The translations under genes were made by a program, and so were the position numbers. A stretch of 55,816 nucleotides of DNA from a virus (lineage: Duplodnaviria > Caudoviricetes). This document shows positions 38,398-47,907 of this stretch, piece by piece (position 1 is the first letter of the stretch; each line of letters begins with the position of its first letter). The notes below the pieces were generated by a model. It ran no database searches. It saw only the letters and a program-made list of their open reading frames with translations, and was not told the DNA's origin. The stretch lies in IMG/VR virus record IMGVR_UViG_3300029183_000004, positions 1-55,816 of that record; one strand, 5' to 3'.

Positions 38398-38850
38398 CTA
38401 GGTAAGGTTTGATTGCTCTAGGAGCAATACTCGACAAACAAAGCCTACATAGAAGTTTCCGGAATAGACTAACTCTTCCCCTGTAGTGGCACCGGCAAAC
38501 ACCCCCGTATCATCGACAGATTGAATAATGGTGGTACCATCGGATAGGGTTGAATTATTCATATAGGTATCAAGAAACCGCTCAAGTAAATCAATCGCTG
38601 TTTGTGTCGGTCGATCTATATTACTTTGCCCTACCGCTTCTACATAGCATCGAACGGAATATTGGCGTAAACTTTGATATGCTTTAAAAGTCTGAAACGT
38701 CGTTTCAGCAACCGAGGGCCATGTAATCACCAAAGGTAATTGGGCAGTATTGATCGATCCCTTATATACCACAGGGGCATTTTTTACCCCTGTGATTCCG
38801 CCATGTAAAGTTTGCAACATTGAAATACTATTACTTATGTCAAGGGCCAT
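38398..38850 (-). CDS. Tail terminator / completion protein
   Basis: Neck module position; start MALDIS by TAATG coupling. Confidence 0.6.
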   Translation of the reverse strand: MALDISNSISMLQTLHGGITGVKNAPVVYKGSINTAQLPLVITWPSVAETTFQTFKAYQSLRQYSVRCYVEAVGQSNIDRPTQTAIDLLERFLDTYMNNSTLSDGTTIIQSVDDTGVFAGATTGEELVYSGNFYVGFVCRVLLLEQSNLT

Positions 38851-39002
38851 TAGAGATCCAATCCCCAATCAATTACTTTACCTAAAATTAAAACTGCTAC
38901 AGCGAAAAAAGCAACAACAATAAGAATCGATCCTAAGTCACTTTCCATAGGTGGAACGGGCTTTTGTTGGGCAGCAATGACAGATCCAATGCTTCCAATC
39001 AT
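38850..39002 (-). CDS. 50-aa single-TM peptide (not in ORF track)
   Basis: MIGSIGSVIAAQQKPVPPMESDLGSILIVVAFFAVAVLILGKVIDWGLDL; ATGA and TAATG coupling at its two ends. Confidence 0.65.
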   Translation of the reverse strand: MIGSIGSVIAAQQKPVPPMESDLGSILIVVAFFAVAVLILGKVIDWGLDL

Positions 39003-39580
39003 GATAAAATCCTTCGTCTACGATATTGATTCAATATATCAAGAACATCCTTAGGGGTACCCTTTGGAACCGTAACGACTCCGGCTTGAGCAAAAGCGGT
39101 GTCTTCAAACACTTGTGCATCTTTTTTCCTGTAGAAATAAGCTACCAAACGAATGATTGCATAGACAATATCAGAAGGTGCAGAAGTACTATACCCCCAG
39201 GTTCCCGCAATACTTATAGCATCTTCTGAATCCGTTGTATATGCCCAAGTTTTCCCAGAGCTAGGCTTTAAAGTGATAGCAGCTTGAGGGGACATATTTC
39301 TAGGTAAAAGAGTATACGCTGTGGATGCTATAGTGGATCCATTGACAGTCAATGTAGTGATAGTCAACAGATCCTTATCTAAGATAAGCATCCCGTCAAC
39401 TACATCCTCAATGGCATCATAATAGCGTGTTTCAGTTACAGACTCAAAAGACCTTCGGCAATAATGGTCAATAAAAGCCTGTGCTTGGACAATGAAATTC
39501 CCCAGTAAGGTATCGTCACCGGTATCCGCTACATCCAAACCTAAATATTCTCTTACATCTGATAAAGTAGTATATGCCAT
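38999..39580 (-). CDS. Head-tail connector (gp6/gp15-like)
   Basis: MAYTTLSDVREYLG...AQAFIDHYCRRSF...GTWGY...PSDI. Confidence 0.85.
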   Translation of the reverse strand: MAYTTLSDVREYLGLDVADTGDDTLLGNFIVQAQAFIDHYCRRSFESVTETRYYDAIEDVVDGMLILDKDLLTITTLTVNGSTIASTAYTLLPRNMSPQAAITLKPSSGKTWAYTTDSEDAISIAGTWGYSTSAPSDIVYAIIRLVAYFYRKKDAQVFEDTAFAQAGVVTVPKGTPKDVLDILNQYRRRRILS

Positions 39581-39592
39581 AGTAAGTTCTCT

Positions 39593-39629
39593 TCCCCCTG
39601 TGAGATTGGCCCAAGATCTCACAGGGGGA
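39593..39629. terminator. Intergenic hairpin made of two inverted motif copies
   Basis: TCCCCCTGTGAGAT-9 nt-ATCTCACAGGGGGA downstream of the capsid genes. Confidence 0.5.
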
Positions 39630-39663
39630 TTATCAAAGGAGGAAACGACTCTGGTGTTATCGT

Positions 39664-40122
39664 TTAACCTGCAAACTCATATTGTGATCCACTCGGCAAA
39701 GCAGCGGTTTGCGTGACAGGGGCTTGACGTGCAGAGCTAAGGAAGAAAAGAATATCTCCATAGCTACCGTTAGCGACATCAGCAACCGTCAATGATACAT
39801 GCGTATGCGTATCGGCAAGCTTCTGAGTTTCGATTGACCACAGAATAAACTCATCATCATCATCAGCGGCACTTTCATGCACAAGACTAGCGTCAATTGT
39901 TGCCAGTGTTCCATTAGCGGCATCAGTACTTTGAGGAGTAAATCCTGGGGTATCACTTGCATGAATAGCACCCAAGTGAACTAGGATATGTACCCACTCA
40001 AACCCACGTATATCAACGAAGCTACCCGATGCCGGATAGCTAGCAGCGGTAAGGGCATCTTCTGGGCTTGATTGTCCTGCAACAATCTTAAACCCGTCTT
40101 TCATTGCTCGATCATTAACCAT
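39664..40122 (-). CDS. Capsid-associated protein (possible decoration)
   Basis: Directly after MCP; GGAG RBS; VDIRGFE. Confidence 0.6.
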   Translation of the reverse strand: MVNDRAMKDGFKIVAGQSSPEDALTAASYPASGSFVDIRGFEWVHILVHLGAIHASDTPGFTPQSTDAANGTLATIDASLVHESAADDDDEFILWSIETQKLADTHTHVSLTVADVANGSYGDILFFLSSARQAPVTQTAALPSGSQYEFAG

Positions 40123-40181
40123 TGTTTAATTCTCCAAACTTTATATCTATGTTGTTATGCTCAAACTTACGCTGCAATTTA

Positions 40182-42495
40182 TCAAGCGGCGATCTTTTGC
40201 ACGGCTGCTCTCCAAGGCTCACACAACTGACCACCTAAACGTCGGCGCATAACGAACTTGACTTGATTTACCTCGGCAGTGCTGGAATCCAAGTAACGTT
40301 CAATAGTCATTCCAACACGATCCACAATCTGATAGCCACGTGGGTCAATAAAGAGCAAGGAGAAAGCATTAGCAGCTACAGCAGGCATAGCCTCTTGCTC
40401 TAGTACTTCATGGCCCTTAAGCGTCATTTGCTTACCATCATCTGACATATTGAAAGCGTTCTGATTCCAGTAAGCCCGATTGTCCCCATCTTTCAACAGG
40501 GCGATATCCTCATATGTACCACGTGCAGCAATAAACACAGCGTTCTGGCGATACTGAGATTCCAATCCCCATTGTAGCTTTGTGATACCATCCCAGGTTA
40601 ATGCCGCTGCACTACCGGAATTTACTTCAGTGATACCTCGAAGGTTAGCAGATCCAGGTAGTACACCTTGAGGCTTCCCTACGCCATCCCCTGTGAGGAA
40701 TTGATTATCTTCATCAATGGCACTTGCTTCAGCAAACTTCTCTGTTAGAATGCTTTCTACTGGGTAAGCCGCATCTTCAAGATTGTTACGTGAAATTTGC
40801 GTTGTAGCCAAAACAGTATGTACCGGAATATGCTCCAAGCCCCAGGTAAGATTCGTATCAGCTACGCCAGCGGCGGGAGTTTCATCAACCCACTTAACCC
40901 GTACAGCACTTGTGTACTGAGAATCGCCACCGGTAACAACAGGAAATTCAACACGGTCACGGCTAGTTTGCATTGTGAACGCTCGACCACGCATAACAGT
41001 CATACCAGCCAAGCGAGAGACGATATTTGATTGTACATCAACTGGCACAACATCCTTTTGTTACTATCTATTTTCATAGATGGGTAAGCCATTTCTGCTT
41101 ACCTCCCCATAGTTTCCTAAAGGGATCGGACTATATATTTGCAAAATCAATACGTATTAAAATAGGTTTCAATTGACATCCCTAGATGTTTTTCAACTAA
41201 TTCTCTATACGCCATCAAACCTTTAATAAGTTCGGTTATCTGGTTTTGCATTTTCTTTGTAGTCTCTGAGGTATTCACACCACGACGCATCATAGGTTGG
41301 ATTTGTTCAAATAAAGCAATTTGTTTTCTTGTATAGGGTTTCATACTTCCATTACCAGAAAATCCCATTATTTGAAAATCTTTATGCTTATCAATTGCAG
41401 GTTGATTCATTCGTAACTCAACAAAATTGATAAGACAATTAGCTCTATTTTTCTTTTGTCCATATAAATAAGGGTATGTAGATGTTAAAATATCTTTAAT
41501 TTTTCGTTGTGATCTAGTTGATATTACCTGACTATCTTTCCTATTTCCCTGACCTTTTTGATTTCGTATATGCATATTACAATTTAATTTCTTTGCAATT
41601 TCATTTACTTTATCAATAAGTGAATAATCAGTGTTTGCTACTGACCACTCAGCCCGAATATAGATAGCTTTTAAATCTGTACTAAAGATATTTGATTTTT
41701 GACTTGTATGTCTTTCAACACGCAAACCAAAATAACCTTCCCCTTCAATTATACCGGCTAACCAACCTAATTCGTAGTCTTTAACCTGCTGATTGTCTAT
41801 CATATTTATCCCTAGTATTTTTACAGTTTGGAAGTAACTTGGGCTTTAAGATGTTCCAGCATATTCGAAAATTTAAGGTGAGCCTGTTAACGTGCCAAAT
41901 TAAGTGTTAACCCACCAAGTGTATTGATACCGGATACCATTGTAGCCTTCATAGCTTCGACAGAGCTAAAACCTGTTAACAATGCACCTTTAACGACCTC
42001 TGGTGTAAGGATAACATCTTTCAGAGCGTTATGTACCCAGCTAGGTAAGGGCTGTTGTGGATCGCTACGGAGATAGACACCAAAAGCTTTCTTTTGTTCC
42101 CAGAATTGATTTTGATGATCAGAGCCATGCAAGTCAGTTAAGATTTGGTCAACGGCTTTTTCCGTATTACCGAAGCGAGTAACATAAGCAGCACTAGCAA
42201 CCGGATCAGTACTGCCCTTTTCAGTTTTTACAACTGAAGGATCCTGATCTTTTGTGGCTGTCGTAGTAGCACCGGTTACAATACCAACGGTATTTACATC
42301 ACTCTGGGCTTTCGTTCCCTGTGCTTTCTGCGCTTCGAGAATGGCGTCAAGGTCTCCGAAATCACCTAATGATTTTAGGCTCTTACTGACAACTTCCGCC
42401 TCTTCCTTAAGACGATCACCTTCGTCATTATCGCCCTTCTCATATGCCGCCTTAGCTTGCTCGACCAACAGAGCTAACTTTTCTTTTAAGTTCAT
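40182..42495 (-). CDS. HK97-fold major capsid protein, two exons (42495-41910 and 41053-40182)
   Basis: Splicing restores TLGGYVVPVD; WVDE and FLTGDGVGKPQG capsid motifs. Confidence 0.92.
41054..41909 (-). mobile_element. Group I intron (856 nt) in capsid gene
   Basis: P ATGCTGGAA, Q AATCAGCAGG, R TCAGAGACTACA, S ATATATAGTCC; P1 GGUGGGU/GCUCACC with U-G at splice site; terminal G. Confidence 0.93.
41147..41803 (-). CDS. Intron-encoded LAGLIDADG homing endonuclease
   Basis: WLAGIIEGEGYF single motif, SVANTD and YLYGQKK. Confidence 0.9.
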   Translation of the reverse strand: MIDNQQVKDYELGWLAGIIEGEGYFGLRVERHTSQKSNIFSTDLKAIYIRAEWSVANTDYSLIDKVNEIAKKLNCNMHIRNQKGQGNRKDSQVISTRSQRKIKDILTSTYPYLYGQKKNRANCLINFVELRMNQPAIDKHKDFQIMGFSGNGSMKPYTRKQIALFEQIQPMMRRGVNTSETTKKMQNQITELIKGLMAYRELVEKHLGMSIETYFNTY

Positions 42496-42511
42496 GAGTT
42501 ATTTATCCTAG

Positions 42512-43423
42512 TTATTCTACATCAATCATCAATAGGTCCAATTGTGCTTTCTTGGCATCTAAAGAATCATTTGAATCACTCGATTGTAACCCCTCTATGA
42601 ATTCTTTCCCTAATGCTTTCTCTAGCACGGTTAAAGGATGTGTCATTTGTCTGGGATCAATTGGGCATGGTGTGCCACTTCCTTCATATATTGTCCAAGA
42701 CTTAACATGTCCTTGCTTCGACTTTACCACACTTCTAGGTATAGCGCCAGACGACGTACCTAACGCTTTTTGTTGGATTAACTTTTGTACTGCATTTGCA
42801 TATCTTGAGCCAAGATCCAATTGTGCTTCGTACCATAATCCGATATCTTTTTGCTCAATTGTATCAATGATTCCCACAGGACTACCTTTAACATAACTGT
42901 CTCCACCATGTTGATAAAGCCAAGGCAAGCACTTTGTTACATTAAAGACATCCAACATGCCTTGGGTTTTTTCATCAAAGAAATCACCCTCAAGATCCTT
43001 TTCTTGATCTGAACCATAAAGGACTAACCACCCCCCGATCCTACTTTGGGAATCGTCTAAAAAACTCACAGGGGCGCTAACCGATTTCATATAGCTTCGA
43101 CTTGCCATGAGATCATTATCTGTAACTAGACCGGCTACTGGATTCTCTGTCCCATCAATAATTACTTCGTCAGGAGCTTGTTCCCACCTTACCCGTCCTC
43201 GAAACTGAGGTAAATTCTCTTCAATTTCTTGGCTAAAAACACGTAAAGCGTTTCCAATGGCACCACTTAGCGCAATTCGTTCTGGCTGATTTAACGTACC
43301 GTCCATAAGCATTTCATCAAAGACACAAGTTAGTTGCTTATGTGTAAAGCCAATAATCCAATCATGAAGATTATGCGCTTTTACCGCAAATGCTTCAAGT
43401 AATTTTTGGTTAAAATTTTTCAT
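42512..43423 (-). CDS. HK97-type prohead protease with N-terminal extension
   Basis: DLEGDFF, LYQHG, GLWYEAQL, GTSSG and EGSGTPCP. Confidence 0.85.
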   Translation of the reverse strand: MKNFNQKLLEAFAVKAHNLHDWIIGFTHKQLTCVFDEMLMDGTLNQPERIALSGAIGNALRVFSQEIEENLPQFRGRVRWEQAPDEVIIDGTENPVAGLVTDNDLMASRSYMKSVSAPVSFLDDSQSRIGGWLVLYGSDQEKDLEGDFFDEKTQGMLDVFNVTKCLPWLYQHGGDSYVKGSPVGIIDTIEQKDIGLWYEAQLDLGSRYANAVQKLIQQKALGTSSGAIPRSVVKSKQGHVKSWTIYEGSGTPCPIDPRQMTHPLTVLEKALGKEFIEGLQSSDSNDSLDAKKAQLDLLMIDVE

Positions 43424-43435
43424 CTTAATTGTTCC

Positions 43436-43825
43436 TTATTTTAGTGCTGTTCGTATGGCAACTTGAAAAAATCGAATTATCTGTTGGCGATTTTTTCGCA
43501 TTACACCCCTATCTGTAGGCCATCGATTACGATGTATTCCGGCTTGAAAAATAGCACTTCCTACCCAAGGTGCATATTCTATGTTAGTGGCTACTTTCCC
43601 AGTAACATTAGAAGGGGAAGTTTGGATCTTAGGAATGTTCCACCCCTGGACATAATTATTTGTCCGAATATAAGTTTGTCCTGGCAATTCTGGGGGAGCA
43701 TCTGTAATATCCCCCTCAAGTAAGACTAAACTTGATAACGTAGGTACACGTAAGAATTGAGCAGTACGAATTGGACCAAATCTTTGCTTGAGTCTAGAGA
43801 CATCATCAAAGGAAATGCTAGCCAT
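43436..43825 (-). CDS. HK97 gp10-like / minor morphogenesis protein
   Basis: YIRT...W...VATNIEYAPWV pattern. Confidence 0.6.
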   Translation of the reverse strand: MASISFDDVSRLKQRFGPIRTAQFLRVPTLSSLVLLEGDITDAPPELPGQTYIRTNNYVQGWNIPKIQTSPSNVTGKVATNIEYAPWVGSAIFQAGIHRNRWPTDRGVMRKNRQQIIRFFQVAIRTALK

Positions 43826-44151
43826 TATTCCCCCTGTGAGCCTAATCTTTTTATCTCAAATTCAATGTACTGTTTTGCCTTTTCCAAATCCTGAATAATA
43901 TCTACTCCAGGCTTATTATTAGCTCGCCATAAATGCTTTATTGCTGTTCCAATATTAAATGGAAACCACTGTATAATATCAATGCATTCAACGCCAGAAG
44001 GATGTTTATTATAATGCTTCGGGTGATTAACGAACTCATACCCCATAGCATCATTGATAAGAGAAACTTGTCGTACAGAACATCCATTTTCTGGATATTT
44101 CACAGGGGGTAAATTTTCATTTATCGCCTGAATAAGACTTGTATCATGCAT
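43825..44151 (-). CDS. DUF3310 family protein
   Basis: VNHPKHYN, ECIDII, FNIGTAIKHLWRA and DLEKAKQYI. Confidence 0.88.
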   Translation of the reverse strand: MHDTSLIQAINENLPPVKYPENGCSVRQVSLINDAMGYEFVNHPKHYNKHPSGVECIDIIQWFPFNIGTAIKHLWRANNKPGVDIIQDLEKAKQYIEFEIKRLGSQGE

Positions 44152-44503
44152 TGCTCTCTCCCTCCGCTATCATTAACTCAATTGCACGTTCAATATCGGA
44201 TTCCTCTACAACAGCAGTTTCACGACATCGACATCTGGGATGACCTGGGATAGTCACTAACCGTCCTGTTTCAGGATGAATCCACGGTTCCTTTAGACCA
44301 GTAACTTGTCCTTCCATTGGCCAACATATTGGACAGTTATGCACTAAAATTCCATTTGCATAGAATTCTGGTACAGACCCTAAGTTTAAGCAATGAACCT
44401 TACATGGTTTACCACTTAAGATATGATACAATATTTCTGCTATATTAAACACAAAACTTTTTAGCTGGAGTAAACTATGCCAAAAATTATTAACTGCGCT
44501 CAT
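44144..44503 (-). CDS. C-terminal split-intein half + C-extein of gpF head morphogenesis domain
   Basis: VHCLNL...FYANGILVHN|CPIC...GHPRCRC; ATG with upstream AAAGG. Confidence 0.85.
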   Translation of the reverse strand: MSAVNNFWHSLLQLKSFVFNIAEILYHILSGKPCKVHCLNLGSVPEFYANGILVHNCPICWPMEGQVTGLKEPWIHPETGRLVTIPGHPRCRCRETAVVEESDIERAIELMIAEGESNA

Positions 44504-45298
44504 TGTGAGAAACCTTTTAAAATTAGACCTTCAAGAGAAACCTTATATTGTAGTCGTGACTGCTATACGAAAAATCGATTAAGTCATTCGACCAAAGGAC
44601 GTAAGTATAGTGAATACATTACAAAAATTTGTCCTGTATGCAATAAAGAATTTGAAGTCAAAAAATCTTATGCTGATCGATACATCCGTTGCTCTCTAGA
44701 ATGTCGACTAGTTCCAAGAAAGCCTACTCCAAAGAAAAGAATCACACACACTCATAAAGGAACTTGTGCAAGATGTCATAAAGAATTTACTTGGACAGTA
44801 ACGAGTGCTTGTACAAATGGAAAACCCTATAAAACGAAAAAATATTGTTCCGAAGAATGTTACCGTCCACCTGTTCTTCGAAATTGTAAAAATTGTTCAA
44901 AAGAATTCAGAACTGTTCCTGCAAATAATGGGCAATTTTGTAATGTTTCCTGCTATCGAAAATTCTGTGGTGAAACAATACCCGAGAAAAACACTCGTGA
45001 AACGCTAGAACAATTAGGGATAACTTTTATTCAAGAACATAAAATTAAATGCTATAGTATTGATTTTTATTTACCTGACTTTCAAATCTGTCTCGAGATT
45101 GATGGTATTTACTGGCATCGGACTAAACAACAAAGGCAGAGAGATAAGAAAAAAGATGGAATTCTTAATTCTTTGGGCTATGCTGTAATTAGGGTTTCCG
45201 ATCTCGACATCAATAATACCAGTGATAGGCATGGGTTGATCATTTCTGCCATAAACTGTATCACCAATGTTGAACTCAACCGCTTGTTTCCATCCTAG
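44477..45298 (+). CDS. Zn-finger-repeat + DUF559/Vsr-like endonuclease, antisense, separating the intein halves
   Basis: Four CxxC..F...(Y/F/R)CxxxC repeats; QEH, IDFY, LEIDGIYWH, RDKKKD and GYAVIRV. Confidence 0.88.
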   Translation: MPKIINCAHCEKPFKIRPSRETLYCSRDCYTKNRLSHSTKGRKYSEYITKICPVCNKEFEVKKSYADRYIRCSLECRLVPRKPTPKKRITHTHKGTCARCHKEFTWTVTSACTNGKPYKTKKYCSEECYRPPVLRNCKNCSKEFRTVPANNGQFCNVSCYRKFCGETIPEKNTRETLEQLGITFIQEHKIKCYSIDFYLPDFQICLEIDGIYWHRTKQQRQRDKKKDGILNSLGYAVIRVSDLDINNTSDRHGLIISAINCITNVELNRLFPS

Positions 45299-47740
45299 TC
45301 CATCCCATATTAAATGATCTTCCGTACACCACAGGGGGAAGCATCCAGCTACCTTTAGTACTCGCATTCCCCCTGTGAAATCAGAAACAGTAGGACTTAC
45401 AACTGTTTGTTTGCCTTTTCTTGTTTGGACCTTATCGCCTAATTGAACTTTATCTATACGAATCCCATCAACGTAGGTATTCTTGAGAAAACACCTACTG
45501 ACTATTTCGTCTCGGGTAGTTAGCCACTTACGCTTTCTAACTAAATCAGGAACTTGCTCATAAGATAAAGTATGGCCAGCGTTAGCCGCACGGGTTGTTT
45601 CAGTAATAGCAATAGACTCTGCTCTTTGTGGTGATAGTCCATGAATGTGCTCCCGTAGAGCATTGGCTACTTCGATCCGTGCTTGACCTCTAGATTCTTG
45701 AGCAAAGTAATCAGACACAACATCACGTACAGTTTGTTGGGTAGTCCCATCTAACTGTGTAATCAAATTACCTACATCAGTTCTAGCCCATTCAGATGCC
45801 AATGCAAATGGGTCACGAAAACTAAATCCCGTAGTTGTCGAAATACCAACACGCTCTAACTGTCGAATGGCAATATCTGATCCTAATGCCGCAGATCTCT
45901 GTAGGCTTTGTTCAAGAACTTCGGTAAGGGATTCATTTCCGGTAAGGAATTGAGTAACATCTTGAATTGCAAGTGCCTCATCAGACCATCGGATATTCGG
46001 ATCTGTTTGAAGTTCTTCAAATAGACGGGTAAAAATTTGTCTAGTATCACGAAGATTGACTTGCTCTACAGTATCTATTTCTTCCCATTCGGCCTCTGAA
46101 TTATCAGGGTCAAGAGATAAATCAATTGCTTTAAGTGTATTACTGTCCAAATCAGCAATACGATGATACATAAGATCAACCAAATCTCGAATTTCATCAG
46201 AAGTACTACATCCTTTACTCATACGTAGCAAGGAAAATCCTAATGAATTCGGTAAATGATCAAAGTTAAATCGTAACTTGTCTAGATTTCCATGCTTATC
46301 TAATGTCTTAATTGCTTTGCGACGCCACTGGTTGACCTCTTGATACAGTGGTTTTAAATCAATTTCTTCATCATCAGTCTCACAGGGGGGAAGATCTTTT
46401 TCCTCTATTGATCGTGTTGCTTCCCGTTGACTCATATTCCCAGGAGTATCGTTACCAATCAACGATCCTACTTGTCTTGTGAAGGTTCGTTCAAATCTAT
46501 CTTGTTGACTTTTAAACTCAAGTAGCTTCAAAGGGGTATCGGCCAATGCTGCTAATTCAGGTTCAACATCGTCTAGAACTGGAGGTAGTCCTAATTCTTT
46601 GCGTGTTTCATTTAAACTTCGGAACTGAGAATAAATCGTTGTCTCTTGTACCGCTAATGCTCTATCCTGGGGAATAATGTCAGGAGATTTAAAGATAAGT
46701 CGACTTGACTGAGATTCATAATAAGGAGCTAAATCCGCTGTCAGTTGCGATGCTAGCATATCAATGTGGGGCTGTAATGTGTTACGTGCCAGCATGATTT
46801 CCGCTGCCTGTGCATCGTCCCCAGATGAAGGAGCAAAGAAGCCTTGAGGGATACCAAAGATAGAATAGATTTCAGTTTGATTGGTCTTACGACTTTCAGT
46901 TACCTGCATCTGTTCAAACGTTTGGGCCAATACTTCTACCTTGAGATCTCCGCTGCGAGTAAATAGTCTTTTCTGCCCAGAATCCAATTGCTGTTTAATC
47001 AGCATAATTTGGGTTTCGAAATCAACGGTATCCATATCCTTGTCTAAAGCAATGATAGCCGAAGGAATAGCATTATCATCTGTAAAGAACGTTTGCTGCC
47101 AATCACTTTGACTATTATCCGAAGCAATCGCACCTTGCGCAGCAGTTAGGGGACTAAGACCTTGCCAATAGTCAGAATAATTAGGGTTTCGAAGATGAAT
47201 AATATTTTCCCCTGGAAGAAGATTGATTGTACCTCCTACTTGGTACTCATAATCAATAACAGGTTTTCCAGAAAAGATTCCTACCCCCTCACGAAGATTC
47301 TCACTCCTAGGAAAAACTTCACCTGCAATAAGAGGCCATAGTGCAATTGGTTCTCCTATTCCAACAGAAGGAGTCTCAATAAACCAATAAGCATTTCCCC
47401 TTAAAAAATACCACCACCATACATATCGAAGAGAAAAATTCCAAGTAAGAAGCCCATTTGATCTTTCGAATAAATCGAACAGCTCATTCGGTTCAAATCC
47501 ATCTTCGGTCTCTTCACCTAGCATAGGTAAAGATTTTTGATTCGATAATCTATCCGCCAATAAACGAATAGCTGAGTATACCCACCCATTAGTAACAGCT
47601 TGGGCATAAAGTGCCTCCACATTAACAGTCTCATTTGAAGATCCCCTACTTTCAAATAATGCTGTCTCATGTAGAAACTTTTTCGCCATCTCTGTGTCTT
47701 TTACAGGTGGATGTAAAAAGTTAGCTATTTTTTGAAACAT
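45071..47740 (-). CDS. Portal protein fused to Mu gpF-like domain and N-terminal split-intein half
   Basis: GNAYW, IIHLR, GLSPL, IFGIP and NETRKELGLPP (portal); RAESIAITETTRA and KWLTTRD (gpF); CFLKNT from 45493 and CTEDH (intein N). Confidence 0.9.
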   Translation of the reverse strand: MFQKIANFLHPPVKDTEMAKKFLHETALFESRGSSNETVNVEALYAQAVTNGWVYSAIRLLADRLSNQKSLPMLGEETEDGFEPNELFDLFERSNGLLTWNFSLRYVWWWYFLRGNAYWFIETPSVGIGEPIALWPLIAGEVFPRSENLREGVGIFSGKPVIDYEYQVGGTINLLPGENIIHLRNPNYSDYWQGLSPLTAAQGAIASDNSQSDWQQTFFTDDNAIPSAIIALDKDMDTVDFETQIMLIKQQLDSGQKRLFTRSGDLKVEVLAQTFEQMQVTESRKTNQTEIYSIFGIPQGFFAPSSGDDAQAAEIMLARNTLQPHIDMLASQLTADLAPYYESQSSRLIFKSPDIIPQDRALAVQETTIYSQFRSLNETRKELGLPPVLDDVEPELAALADTPLKLLEFKSQQDRFERTFTRQVGSLIGNDTPGNMSQREATRSIEEKDLPPCETDDEEIDLKPLYQEVNQWRRKAIKTLDKHGNLDKLRFNFDHLPNSLGFSLLRMSKGCSTSDEIRDLVDLMYHRIADLDSNTLKAIDLSLDPDNSEAEWEEIDTVEQVNLRDTRQIFTRLFEELQTDPNIRWSDEALAIQDVTQFLTGNESLTEVLEQSLQRSAALGSDIAIRQLERVGISTTTGFSFRDPFALASEWARTDVGNLITQLDGTTQQTVRDVVSDYFAQESRGQARIEVANALREHIHGLSPQRAESIAITETTRAANAGHTLSYEQVPDLVRKRKWLTTRDEIVSRCFLKNTYVDGIRIDKVQLGDKVQTRKGKQTVVSPTVSDFTGGMRVLKVAGCFPLWCTEDHLIWDGLGWKQAVEFNIGDTVYGRNDQPMPITGIIDVEIGNPNYSIAQRIKNSIFFLISLPLLFSPMPVNTINLETDLKVR

Positions 47741-47907
47741 TTATATAGTATCCTTCATTCTTGTCACAACAAGAAATACAAATAACTCAAAGAGCCAGAG
47801 GGAAGCAACCCATATTAGAGGATAGTAAAGTATACATAGAGGTATTAAGATTACCGTTAAAGCGGATACAATCCAAATTATATCTAATCGAATCTGGGAA
47901 TTCACTT

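Noticed and set aside
44504-45070. Single sequencing error or stop readthrough joining the portal intein halves
   Set aside because: Several in-frame stops on the - strand, and an intact, motif-bearing gene on the + strand
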